64,000 nt of DNA from Octopus sinensis (taxonomy: Eukaryota): assembly GCF_006345805.1 (NCBI RefSeq), contig NC_043000.1, positions 34,906,001 to 34,970,000 on the forward strand, in the 5' to 3' direction. Below are positions 11,690 through 24,269 of the stretch, piece by piece. How positions within the stretch are numbered: position 1 is the stretch's first letter; each line of letters begins with the position of its first letter. The notes beneath the pieces were generated by a model. That model had not been told where the DNA came from. It was given only the letters and a program-made list of their open reading frames with translations, and made no database searches. A program made the translations under genes and the position numbers.

Positions 11690-12250
11690 CTCAGGTGTGA
11701 CTGTATGGTAAGAAGGTGGCAAGCTGGCAGAAATGTTAGCATGCTGGGCGAAATGTGCAGCAGTATTTCGTCTGCCGCTACGTTCTGAGTTCAAATCCTG
11801 CTGAGGTTGACTTTGCCGTTCATCCTTTCCGGGTCGATAAGTTAAGTACCAGTTAGACACTGAGATAGATGTAATCAATTTAATCCCTTTGTCTGTCCTT
11901 GTTTGTTCTAGGTAGTTAATGTTTGTCCCAAAGAAATAAGAAGTTTGCTTCTCAACCACATAGTTCTGGTTTCAATCCCACTGCATGGTGCCTTGGGCAA
12001 GTGTCTTCTGCTATAGCTCAGGCTGACCAAATCCTTGTGAATGGATTTGATGGATGGAAACTTAAAGAAGCCCGTCATATATATATTACATGTATGTGTC
12101 TTTGTATCTGATTTTGTTCTTCATCACCGCTTGACAACCAGTGTCGGCGTGTTTCTGTCCTTGTAACCTGTGCTGGAGTCAATTCATTTGAATAAGAATT
12201 CTTCAAGGCAGCATGGCCGTAGTCCAGTGACTGAAACAAACAAAAGAATA
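11690..12250 (+). mobile_element. SINE A interrupted by SINE B (11716-11936), with a 7-bp TSD TAAGAAG
   Basis: The SINE A head ...ctgtatggTAAGAAG (11709-11715) resumes as TAAGAAGtttgcttctcaacc (11937-11943); SINE B lies between. Confidence 0.8.
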
Positions 12251-12649
12251 AACGATATATTTTGGTTGAAAATGTTATAATTCATTGAGGTTTATATTTG
12301 AATTAAATTAATTGGTGTGTCACTTTGTGGCTGCTTAAATCATTTAAGATGATTGAAACCGATTTTAGAGACTGACACTTCTGCACTGAGAAAGTTTGAA
12401 AGTTATTTATAAATGGTGGTGTTGAACTTTTTAAACATGTAGTATCATGGAAAAATATACATTGTATGATTGGTGGTATTTTTGATGATGTTTATGTTTT
12501 GAAAATTCTCTAATTTTGAAGTGTGGTGTACATGTAGCAGGTTTCTCTTGTAGGCTTAAAATATCTCAGTGTGAGCACTAAAGATCAAAGAGGAGACTTA
12601 TGGATATATTTTATCCATCTTTACTATTGTTACTTAACACAGGTTAGAC

Positions 12650-12860
12650 ATTGCTGTCACTGTTATGTTAACTAGCAAGCCCTAACAGGTGTTATATGTA
12701 GGAGACTTCCACACCCTAAAAGTTGATGAAAACCCTTAAACTCTATTGATGTTATTGGTAGGGACACACAACATAGAACTGAGAATCTGTCAATGATAAT
12801 GAAGGACAGAGATGCTTGGCACAGCATTGTTACATCTCTGTTGTGGCCACATATAATTGA
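12650..12860 (+). mobile_element. Short RTE-like LINE 3' fragment
   Basis: KPLNSIDVIGRDTQHRTENLSMIMKDRDAWHSIV resembles RTE C-termini. Confidence 0.45.
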
Positions 12861-14094
12861 TCATCTTAAAACTATGGTGGCCCTGGTGTAATGTAAAAGT
12901 TTAATTGAATATTTGCAGTATAGGAGTAGCAAAATTGTAAAAATATTTCTCATGCTTTGAATGGGTTAATCAATTTGTTGAAAAACAGATGAGAACTGAA
13001 GTCATCATTGAATGTGTTAATGTAAAACTATCACCTGAACTTAAAATTTACTATGAGTGGTGGCAGTCATGGGGTTGAGCTTCCTGAACAGTGAAGCGGT
13101 GTAAATATATTGAATAGCTGTGACCTGGGAATGAAACTAGTCGATGAATGCAACTCACCTTTTACTCTCTATCAAATAATATATTTGTGTAGGTGTGTAT
13201 GGGGGTATTGGAGGAAGGTAAATATAGAAACTGATTCCATTGTTTAATCAACTGTCAATGGTCACCTTCTCAGCAAGAGTACAATATCAGATAAACACAC
13301 ACACACATATATCATATAAACATCAAAAGCATAGTGAGATATCTTCAATATTACAGCAAAATAATATCAGCATTGTTAATGGTATATACCTAGAGATTGT
13401 TTCGCACTGCGTCAACAAACCCATTGCAAAACATCAATAGCACAGTGAAATTGTTGTTGACAAGTGTACCATTGCAAAATAATGTCAGTCACCACACTAG
13501 AACAATACTGTCCCTCTAATAACAAAATAACATCGATACTGTAACAAAAATAGTTTCTTGGTTTATACTTGAGAATGAAGCCATGATAAATTAACACTAA
13601 AAAATAATGGCCAGGTAAAGCCCTGCCACGCCCTTTGCAAAACATGGGAGAAAAATTACAAGAGAGACAATAAAAAGTGAATAATCTACCTGTCTGTCTG
13701 TTCGTCTGTCGCTTGTCTCATGCATCCATCCATCTACTTATCTATCTGTCAATGCATCCATTTTTCCACCTGTCTATGTGTGTCTCTCTATGTGATTTTT
13801 ATACATATAATGCTATATTGACACCTTTAGATCTGTATCTACAGCCATACATACATACACACACACACAGCATGGTCGTTTTGTAGTTTACCAGCCCCTC
13901 CTATACAGAAACACTTAGATGTGGATATATGTATGTGTGTGTGTATGTGTGTGTGTGCATGCATACACACACACACGCACGCACACACATATGCACATAA
14001 TGTTCATTTCCGGCTATCACCTTGTACCATTGACTTTTTTCTCTCCATCAGATGCAAATAACTGGCTACAGTGGTAAACAATTTGCTATAACAT

Positions 14095-14900
14095 TTATTG
14101 TTGTTGTTGTTGTTGTTACTGCTGCCATTGCTGCTGCTGCTGCTGCTGCTGCTGCGGCTAAACAAACATTCACCACAATAAAACTAAATGCAACAATAAT
14201 AATCAGGTCAGTTTGAATGTAAAAGCACCTCTACGTCAACAACAACAACAACAACAGCAACAGCAACAAAGACAACAACGATAATTCGGTCATCTCTATA
14301 GAAGCATTGTTACCTTTCAGTTATTGTTTATTTTAATCTTGTGATTGTTGTTGTTGTTGTTGCCGTTTTGTTTGTTTTAGAACGCTGTTAGTAATTGCGT
14401 GTAAGATCAGTTCTGCTGCTTTACAACAACAACAACAGCAACAACTATAGTAATAATAGCTTTTGTTGTATTAGCCATGGTGGTGATGATGATGATGATG
14501 ATGATGATCTGCAATAACAGCAACAACATTAAAAACAACAACAGAACAATTGCTGCAATGATTGTGACTATAAAAGCAATAAGAAAATTAGCTGCAGCAG
14601 TAACAACAACAACAACAACAACGGCTACAAAGCTTACAAGAACAGTATTAAGCACAACAATGGCTATAGTAACAACAACAACAACAACAACAACAAGAAC
14701 AACAACTGTAGAAGAAGAATAATAATAAGTTGGAGTGGAAGCAAAAACAACATGGAAGATAATGGCAAAAACAACTTTAATATAATAACTGCAGCTGTCA
14801 CAACAGGAACAACAGGGACGACGACGACAACAACAACTTTAATACTGGTACAACAACATAATGACGATGATGATGATGATGGTGGTGGTGGTGGTGGTTG
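14095..14900. repeat. Mosaic of trinucleotide microsatellites (GTT, GCT, CAA, GAT, GGT)
   Basis: Directly visible; source of ORFs 14407..14655 and 14477..14722. Confidence 0.9.
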
Positions 14901-15209
14901 CTAAGTCTTGGCAGAAAGCCACATATTTTGGAGAAAGAGTGAAGACAAGTTAATCAACCCCCTCCTCCCCTCTTCAGTACTTGACTGGTTTTCACTTTAT
15001 TGACCCAGGGTTAATAACAAGCAAAAGAAAAGAAAGAATCAAACTCAGCATGATTTGAACTCAAAATGCAAAGAATTTGGCCGGTCACTTTAACATTGCT
15101 GCTACTTCACTACTATGATGATGATGATGATGATGATAAAAACACAGTATATTACTGGTACTTTTTATTGACTTTGGGGAGGTGAGAGGTAAACTTAGAC
15201 ATAATTATT

Positions 15210-16150
15210 ACATTGTGTCCACTAGCTCTCCACCATCACCACCACCACTGTGCCACTAACCCTCCACCGCCACGATCACCATTGTGTCCACTAGCACTCC
15301 ACCACCACCACCACCACCATTGTGTCCACTAGCCCTCCACTACCACCACCACCATCACCAGCATTATGCCCAGTAGCCCTCCACCACCACCACCATTATG
15401 CCCACTAGCCCTCCACCACCACCATTGTGTTCACTAGCCTACCACCACCACCACCATTGAGCCCACTAGCCATCCACCACCACCACCATTGTGCCCACTA
15501 GCTCTCCACCACCACCACCACCATTGTGCCCACTAGCTCTCCACCACCACCACCATTGTGCCCACTAGCTCTCCACCACCACCACCATTGTGCCCACTAA
15601 CCCTCCACCACCACCACCACCACCACCATTGTGCCCACTAGCTCTCCACCACCACCACCATTGTGCCCACTATCCTTCCACCACCACCATTGTGTCCACT
15701 AGCCCTCCACCACCACCATTGTGCCCACTAGCCCTCCACCACCACCATTGTGCCCACTAGCCCACCATTACCACCACCATTGTGCCCACTAGTCCACCAC
15801 TACCACCACCATTGTGTCCACTAGCCCTCCACTACCATTGTGCCCACTAGCCCTCCACCACCACCATTGTGCCCACTAGCCCTCCACCACCACCACCACC
15901 ATTGTGTCCACTAGCCCTCCACTACCATTGTGCCCACTAGCCCCTCACCACCACCATTGTGCCCACTAGCCCTCCACCACCACTATTGTGCCCACTAGCC
16001 CTTCACCACCACTACCACCATTGTGCCCACTTACCCTCCACCACCACCATTGTGCCCACTTACCCTCCACCACCACCATTGTGCCCACTAGCCCTCCACC
16101 AACACTACCACCATTGTGCCCACTTACCCTCCACCACCACTAGTCCACTA
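15210..16150. repeat. Minisatellite, core cattgtgcccactagccct plus variable (CCA)n, about 29 copies of ~25-40 bp
   Basis: Unit counted by eye; length varies only through the number of CCA triplets. Confidence 0.95.
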
Positions 16151-16529
16151 ATCTACTGCCATCACCTTTGTGTTCGCCAGTTTTCTACCACCAATACACT
16201 TCTGCAGCAATTCTTCCTTCCTCATTAATAATAATAATAATAATGTTTTGTAACTAGAAGGCGAAGGGTTAGAGTTAATTAAATAGTAATATAACAACAA
16301 TAACCTTAACAAACCTCTCTACCATGACCACCACTAACAAGGTAACTTTTATATGCTAAACTTGACCTGTTAGAACCATCTGTGAAATGGAACTGAAATT
16401 ATAGTGTTTCGTCTTGTAAACAAGGAAGGCATTGGATAAAGCAGTCCTGGGTTCTATGTACAGAATAGGTAGCTGGAGTGATGGTCATGGTTGGCAGGTT
16501 TTTGATCATAAGTTTGCTTGGCAGGGTGG

Positions 16530-17150
16530 CCTGAGGCTAAGCGAAACGAAACCGACAACTTTATCATCACCACCAAGAACAACACTTCCAATAACAACTT
16601 CATCACCACCATCACTATCATCATCACTACCAACACCAAGAAGAAGAAGAAGAAGTGCAGGAATAATGGTAACAAACAAAATAATAGCTGCAGGAGTAAC
16701 AAGAAGAAAGCAACAACACTAATAACAAGGTAAAGAAGGCTGTCGAATAATAATAAGAACAAGAACAACAACAGCAATAAGGACATCCTTTCTCTGGTGG
16801 TTGATAATTTCTTTTGACTATTATTATTGTCAACCCCACACCTACCCCCCTCCATCTTGCCACCACTTTCTAGTTTTATCAGGGACAGCAGTAACAACAA
16901 CAACAACAACAACAGCAGCAGGTGAGTCAACAGCAGTGTCAGCTACAATAACAGCAACAAGAACAATTGAGTGTATTTAACATTAACAACAACAACAACA
17001 CTGTCTAATAAAATTGAAGCAACAATAACAACTTCCAACAACAATAATTAAGAGTTAACTCAAACAAAAGCAACAACACCACAACCACAACGGTTACCTC
17101 TTGAATGTGCAGCAGTGAAAAACAACATTTCACTGTTGTTGTTGTTGTTG
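16530..17150. repeat. Trinucleotide-repeat mosaic (CAC, AAG, CAA, GTT)
   Basis: Directly visible; low-complexity ORFs only. Confidence 0.85.
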
Positions 17151-17527
17151 TTGTGTGCATCTCTCTCTCTCTCCTCACCTTTCCATCCCCTCCCCCCCAC
17201 GTCCCCTCTCTCTCTCAGGAAGTGTTGGTCTAGAACCAAATAGTTCTGTAGAAGATGATTATGATGTTGTGTCTTCGTGTTTGTGTAGATGTGGAGAGAG
17301 AGAGAGAATGGGGGAGGAGAGAGAATGTTTATTATTTAAAACACTAGTAAACAAACAACAACAGCAACTACTACCACCACAACAACCACGACTACCACTA
17401 CTACTACTACTACAATGCCCCCCTCCTCCTCCTCCGCCGCAGTGGTGGTGGTAGGAAATATTATAAATAATATAAACTGACATTCATCATTTATCATGAT
17501 ATATTCAGCTGTTTACTCCTTCCACCT

Positions 17528-17558
<31 letters not shown>

Positions 17559-17900
17559 CCTCCTTTTCCTTTTGCTTCATCTCTCTCTCTCTCTCTCCTC
17601 CTCCTCTTCCTCCCACTTCACTCCACCTCCACTTCCCGCCATCCCACCTTCTTGTATATTTATTTATTTATTTATAGATTGTTTATCTGTTTTTTTTTCT
17701 TCTTTTCCTCTTTTTCTCTAGTATCTGACGGTGGTGGGGGAGGTGAGAAGGTTTTTGTTCTTTTTCCCTTTTTATTTTATTTTTTTTTTCCTTTTATGAA
17801 TAATTTTCTGTTCCTTCATTCATCCTCTTCACTTTTTGTGTCTGCCTCCTCCGCCAACCCCCACCACCAATTCTGTCTTTTAATTTGTTGATCAGTAAAT
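17150..17900. promoter_or_regulatory. Putative promoter / first-exon region (CT- and GA-rich, TE-free)
   Basis: Long polypyrimidine and GA tracts; plus-strand donor GGGAG|GTGAGA at 17742/17743; minus-strand ATGGAAAG|GTGAGG at 17186-17179. Function is inference only. Confidence 0.25.
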
Positions 17901-18435
17901 AAATATAGTTCTGCCTATGTTTGTCTTGCGCTTGTGTGCGTGTGTATGTTATATTACACACCTACACACACATATTTGCATGTATGTACGTATGCATCTA
18001 CATACGCTATAATGCAGTGCAGCATTGGCTGTGTGTGTGTGCACATAGTATGGTCCTCTGTGAGTGTGTATATATGTGTGTGTATGTATGTTTGTTTGTT
18101 TGTCCTATTTTTATGGAGTATTGGCTGAGAAGTTCAGAAAACGACCAAGTTAAACTTGTACTCACTAACATTCACACACACACACACACGCATACATGCA
18201 CACACATATACACACACACAATTTTATTTACACAGAAATATAGATAAACATTAACACACCCCAAAAACACGTTACTATGGTTACTGTAATATTTATTTCT
18301 ATTTACTTGTATTTACAATTTTCTCCCCTTTTTTTTCTGACTGGTGAAGGTAGTAGTAGCTGCAATGGAAGCAGGGGGTAGTGGTGGTTATAATAGAAAT
18401 AGTCTTAATAACAGATGAATTTTAATTAACACACT

Positions 18436-18484
<49 letters not shown>

Positions 18485-18906
18485 TTCTTGTTTATATATG
18501 TGGTGGTTTATATTGGTTATTGCACAGATGTGAACCCAGTTAAATTTTAACATTTACACCTACTGTCTCTCTCTCTCCTCCCCCCCCCCTCCTTGTGTTG
18601 TGTCTAAGGTTTATTCATGAGCAGAATTGTTCTTATACTATAATGGAAGGAGATTTAAGTGAATTTACTTGATATTTTCTTCTGAAAGGAGAGTGGGGGA
18701 GTGCTGTATATATGTATATCTTGTTTACTTGATGAATACCTTGTTGTTTGGACATCTCAATATATTTATCATTAAAGCTTTAAACCTTTGAGCAGTCGCT
18801 CTATCAAAGCGCATTCATTGCCCAGGCATCCATTATTTGCTAATGCATTTATCTTTGGACAAGATAAACTGTATTTCTTCTCAATTGGTCAATTATTTAG
18901 GATGTG

Positions 18907-18939
<33 letters not shown>

Positions 18940-19539
18940 TTTTGTATGTAGGGTTGTTAGTCTCCTCTTTTATTGTCTGTCTTGTTGTGTGTACATATAC
19001 ATATATATATATATATATATTATTTATTTATTTTATATTTCTGTAAATATCTGGATGGAAGTTAGGCTCTTCAAATCTTCAGAATATTTCTATAGATATT
19101 GGTTGGTATGTAATAGGTAGTCAGTACAATGATTTATAAAATCTAACATATATATATATAAAGTTATTATTATTGATATTTAATGGGATGTTGTTTCATT
19201 CATGCTTCTGTTGAGGACATTGAAACTGTGAGACAAAAAAAAAACCCCATTGAAATCAGTTTGGGAATTTTATTTAGAGGGGGTTTTAAGTAGAGTAAAA
19301 TTATAATTTGTACCTGCACTCTAAGATTTCTTAGCATTTGTGACATTGTATCTTTTTAATAATGATTTACTGGTGGTAAGGATCTTGTGATTATAATCTG
19401 CTTTATCTTTCAGTGTCTCTCTCTACTTTATAAAAATTTTGTTGTGTGATAACATCTAACTTTATTTAACTTTATTATTCTGTTCCTTGGTATTATGTAT
19501 TTGTTATTATTTCTTATTGTAGTCATAATTTTGTTGTTA

Positions 19540-21100
19540 CAGTCAGTTTTCGTGTTGGTATGATGATTGGCAAGCATGAAATTTTGGACCTTCACAGGTC
19601 TTTTGTTATTGGTAGCATTGATATGGTTGACATTTAGATTCAACAACAGTAAAATGATGCAGACAGGAACCCCAGAGAATAAAAATTTTGGGAGTGATGA
19701 GAGCATAACAAACCGTTGCATTAGGTAGGCTTGCTGGAGGTGATATGTAAGTAATTTCTGAGCAGTTGTTGTTGTAGTAGTAGTAGTACAATAGGCATAA
19801 TGAGGAGACATCACATGTCTGTGAGCCAAAAGTTATACTGAGTTGGTGTGTGAATTTTTGTTTTTCATTGTGCTGGTCTCCTTTTGAATAGAGTCTAAGA
19901 TGTTTGCAGCAGAGGCAGTACTAGCACCATTCCAGATGTAGTTACACTATACCATTGTAGGTCTCATTAAGGTCTTGTAGAGAATTAGCAATTGATTGAA
20001 GATGGCAGCTTACTTTATGATGCAGTTTTTGCTACATATTCTATCCATATGCTTGTTGTTATGTACCAAGTAATGTTAAGTAAAAATGATATTGTAAATA
20101 ATTATTATTTCCTTGTTATTCATTTCTTATTTGTAGAATTATTTTATTGTTCTGCTGGTATCAGTTGCACTGAGTCTTCCTTATTGTATCTCTCCTTTAT
20201 ATTTGTTTTTGTTTTTCTTTGCAAATGCAAAATATTTTCTTTTCCATGTTTTTGTGGAAGCTGCTAGACTCTGAATTTCAAATTGTAAAATGAAAAGAAA
20301 GGCTACCTTTTTTAGGTACCTTGCTAAAGAGTGGTTCTCTTAATTTTAACGAACTCTCTCAGACTTGAGACGTTAATCTGATTGGTGTTTGGCTTGAAAT
20401 TCTATAAGTTGATGCTGCTTGTTGGGAAAAGGTTGGCAAGGAATGGATTGTTGGCAGAAGCAGTTTTAGAAAGGAATATGGTAATGTATCATATGGAGTT
20501 TGGACAGAAAATAAGGCGGAAGAATATAGGTTGGTTTGAGTGCGGGTGGGTCCACAGCAAATGCTTCCTGATGAACAAAAGCCATTATTGCAGCATTTAT
20601 AAAGGATGGAAAGGGGAACTGATAGGTTTGTGGGCTGGTGATTGCAATATATTGCAGTGAGTTAGCTATGGGTATAGTGTATTGAGAGTGGTTGTGCTGG
20701 TTATCTTTGCCAATAAACTATTTTTTAATCTACATTAAAATGTTTGTTTCTGTATAGCAAAAAGCACTGCTGTAGATATAGCTACAAGATTATTATGTGG
20801 GTTCTTTTTGTACTTTTTAGAGGGTCAGCAATTGATCTTAGCAGTATGTAATCCACTCCTCTCAAATATTGCTGTGGTGTGAGCAACAACCACAACACTT
20901 GTGTAGTTACTGAAAACCAAATCCTTATTCAAATCTCTATCAGACTCAGTCAATTGAAAGACTTGTCTAAGGTTGAGAAGTAATGTCACCCCTGTTTCCA
21001 TTGAACTTGTCCAGATCCACAGCAAAAATTGTATTCAATCTTGTAAAGTTACTGTTAGAATTATTAGTTTTTACAGAGTTCATCATTGTTTACAACATTG
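19540..21100 (-). mobile_element. Highly degenerate CR1/Jockey-like LINE RT region
   Basis: Motif remnants in the correct order on the minus strand: ITLLLNLRQVFQ (~ISLL..LSKVFE), GFQ, SSGSICCGPT (~QGSILGPT), PYDTLPYS (~ADDT), LLILYKTLMRPTMV*CNYIWNGA...LDSIQK, LAHRHV...YYYYNNNCSE. Confidence 0.6.
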
Positions 21101-21339
21101 CACATTTTCAGACAAAACAAACATGTATTGAAGAAAATCTAATTAAAACTGAGCATACAAACAAAGCTATATATGATTTCCGCTAGAGAATAACAGTCAT
21201 CCAGCCACAGTAGAATTTCTAAAGCTGGCCAACAAAATACATATAGGAACTGAATGGTTAACCATCTTAAAACTGGAGGAAATATTTGTAGGAAGTATTG
21301 ACTGCAGTGAAATGTGAAGTCACCCACATGAAACTGTAA

Positions 21340-21527
21340 AGCTTTTAAACTGGGCCATATCTTATGTTCAAAGTGGCCAGGTTAAACCTCTCATACCTAC
21401 CCAACAATTTCATTCTAAAAAATATATAATCACATCATCAAAATCTCAAAGCTGCATGATTAATTCAACACAGTATGGATAAATAAGCATTACATTTCAC
21501 GGAGTAATCTGAATGTTAAAGGGTTGA
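21340..21527 (-). mobile_element. piggyBac-like MITE family copy
   Basis: Reverse complement of the element at 51380-51598 (aaccctttaacattcagattactc...). Confidence 0.6.
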
Positions 21528-22875
21528 AAAGGTTTACAAATTTAGAAGGGTGGTGACTTCTATTGTAATAAACAAGTGCACAACATTAAAATCAACACAC
21601 ACACACACACTGTCAATCAATCACCATTTCACACAACATGTTAACCAAGTAGCCATAACCTCTACATGATTGCTCAACCTGTCAGAGATCAAATCTCGCT
21701 CAAATTACACTCTACCATCATAAATAAAGAAGGATACAATGGATAGTTTTAGACATACCAACAACAGATACCCAGGTACATTTAGCTGATGATGAAGTGT
21801 GATTTTACTTGGCCATATAGTCTTAAACATAGCCAACAACAACAACTAACAACCTATCCAATTAGAACAGATACAACAGACACCTACTAACAGATATCTG
21901 AATATTTGACTGTGAGTTTAGTTGGCCATAAACTAGTTGCCTCATCATGTTGCTGACAATGCATCATCAATGAAGGACACCAGAGAAGCATTTCCCAGAA
22001 ATACACAATAACATTTTAGATAGGAAAATTCTGGAAAATGTTAATATAAAACGATAAAAATGGAGTGTTTAATGGGTGTGGAATGTGTCTCTATGCAGAA
22101 AGTAAATCTTGTTGTCAATAGACTAGCAATGAGCAAATCATGAAAGCTGAGATAATTATTGAACAGTTATATAACATGACCTTTCGTATCTCTTTTCTAT
22201 TGGTCACACACAGATGTCAGACTGTGCTAGGTACGACCAATATTCAATATATATTCAAATGCAAAAGATAAAAATGAACATTTGTAATCGACAGCAAACC
22301 TTGAAAAATAAATGTTGGACAATTGTGGTACTCTTTCTGTTCTATTATACAAACAGATGGTGGTACTCTTTGTTTGGTGCTGTGGTACTCTTTCTGTGGT
22401 TCTATGAACGCTATACATAGCATTCTGGAAAAAGGAAAACTAATTAAGAATTAAAAGAAATTGTTCTTTTATACAACTTGCAAATGGTGTGTATATATAT
22501 ATATGTGTGTGTGTGTGAGAGAGAGTGAGAGTTCGTATATACCTACATTACATACATTTATACAATGTGCAATGTCTATGTACAAGTATATATCTTTGTG
22601 TGTGTATACATATCCATACACACAAGTGGATAGTTGTACACACATCACAAACATGTGCACATGTTTTTGTCACATCACATTTTTGGATTTCTTTCTAATG
22701 TATCATATATTCTATTTTTGTTGATCTTGTGGCAAATAATGTTATTTTTGTCGTCCTGGTCATCATCATTATCACCATCATCATTGTTATTATAAATGTT
22801 ATTGTTATTTGTTAGTGTTATTTCTATTTTCATCAAATCATGTTTGTTGTAACCAATTCCTATTTTTCACCATTT

Positions 22876-22919
<44 letters not shown>

Positions 22920-23919
22920 AGATGACCTTGTCAGTTATTTAAACCCTGCCATAACCAATATTTCTTCAGGCTGTCATCATCCTCAATGTTGTTGTTTCCA
23001 TTTCTACTGTTATAGTTATTAACAATAATCGTTTGTTTATCTTCTACCAGCTGCAAAACAACTGGCATTGGCTGTTACCAAACAAACATAAAATGTATGG
23101 GTAATCAATAAGTAGAGAGAGACTGTGCAAAACAAGAGAAATGGAATCAACTTGTCACAATCTCTGTGTCAGCCAGTGTAGTAGTGTATTAGGATTTGAG
23201 TTGCTTCAATGGAATGAATGCTATAAAAAGGAGGAGGAGGGTGAGGAGGAGGATTAAAGATAAGAGAAGCAAACTTTTAGTAAGCAAATAAAAACCTGCA
23301 TTCTGACACAAAACTCATATTTTTGTGTCACCATAATCATCATTAGATTTTTGAGAACATAATTCTCTCTGCTGACATAGGTTGAATCGGTTTGTGAAAT
23401 TGCTTTTCAATAGCTGTCTCTGTTCTTCAGAATCTAACCACGATACTTTAAGGTCACTTACAGTTCCAAATTGTTTGACTTCCTTCTTACTTTCCTATTG
23501 TTTATGACCACGTAACCACAGGCTTTCATGCATTTCTCATTATTAGTGGATGTCAACTTGTGGCAAGTGTAAATATATGAAACTGTTTGGTCTTCTTTAT
23601 CTTATAATACTGGAAAATCCTGTAGAGATAATACAGAACTCTACCAACATCTTTTTATTGAATTAGATGTCTTTCAGACATTTTTTTGTCACAAGATGCT
23701 GTATTATTTTTGACATCATTGAGGTAATAAATCACTTGAAACAGCTTACCTGTAACATCATCTTCATAGTCTGGAATTATAGGAAAAAAGAAAAAAAAAA
23801 GATTTGTTTGTTTTCAACAAGTAAAAGACGCCCCAGAGAAAAGACAATTTCATTTGTAGGATTATGCCACCAGAGAATCATGTAGACAAGCTACATGGAG
23901 GGTCAAAGTTAGGATAATA

Positions 23920-24154
23920 CAGGGTGTTCAAAAAGTCTCTCTGCAGCAAATATTTAATGGTTTTCAGGTGATTCTTGTACACTGATCCTTTACTTGCTCA
24001 CAAGAAAAAAAATGTCTGGTGGTGTTAAATCAAGTGATCATGGTGGCCAAAGTCCCTTTGAAATAATCTGTTCACCGAAAAACTCTTGAAGTAGTACCAT
24101 GGTGAGGTGCAGGATGAAAAAGATTTACTGAAAGGAGACTATTTGAACACCCTG
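23920..24154. mobile_element. Tc1/mariner MITE
   Basis: TA|CAGGGTGTTCAAAAAGTCTCTCTGCAG ... CTGAAAGGAGACTATTTGAACACCCTG|TA; internal minus-strand WPP.SPDL-like remnant. Confidence 0.85.
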
Positions 24155-24269
24155 TATGTAAAATATATATTATGGTAATATTACATCATCCTCTTTTTTC
24201 TCCTCTTCCCTTCCATCTTCCTCTCTTCTCCTCCTCTCTTTCTCCTCAGTTTCTCTCCTTGCTCCTCTT

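Noticed and set aside
15210-16150. CRISPR-like repeat/spacer appearance
   Set aside because: The 'spacers' are only (CCA)n with no unique sequence, there are no cas genes, and the context is eukaryotic.
16432-16733. ORFs with WSDGHGWQVFDHKFAW and an RRRRR basic patch
   Set aside because: Non-ATG start just after a stop, no good acceptor, and mostly triplet-repeat derived.
20825-21025. 66-aa minus-strand ORF that looks like a host exon
   Set aside because: Better explained as a decayed LINE RT segment colinear with other RT motifs.
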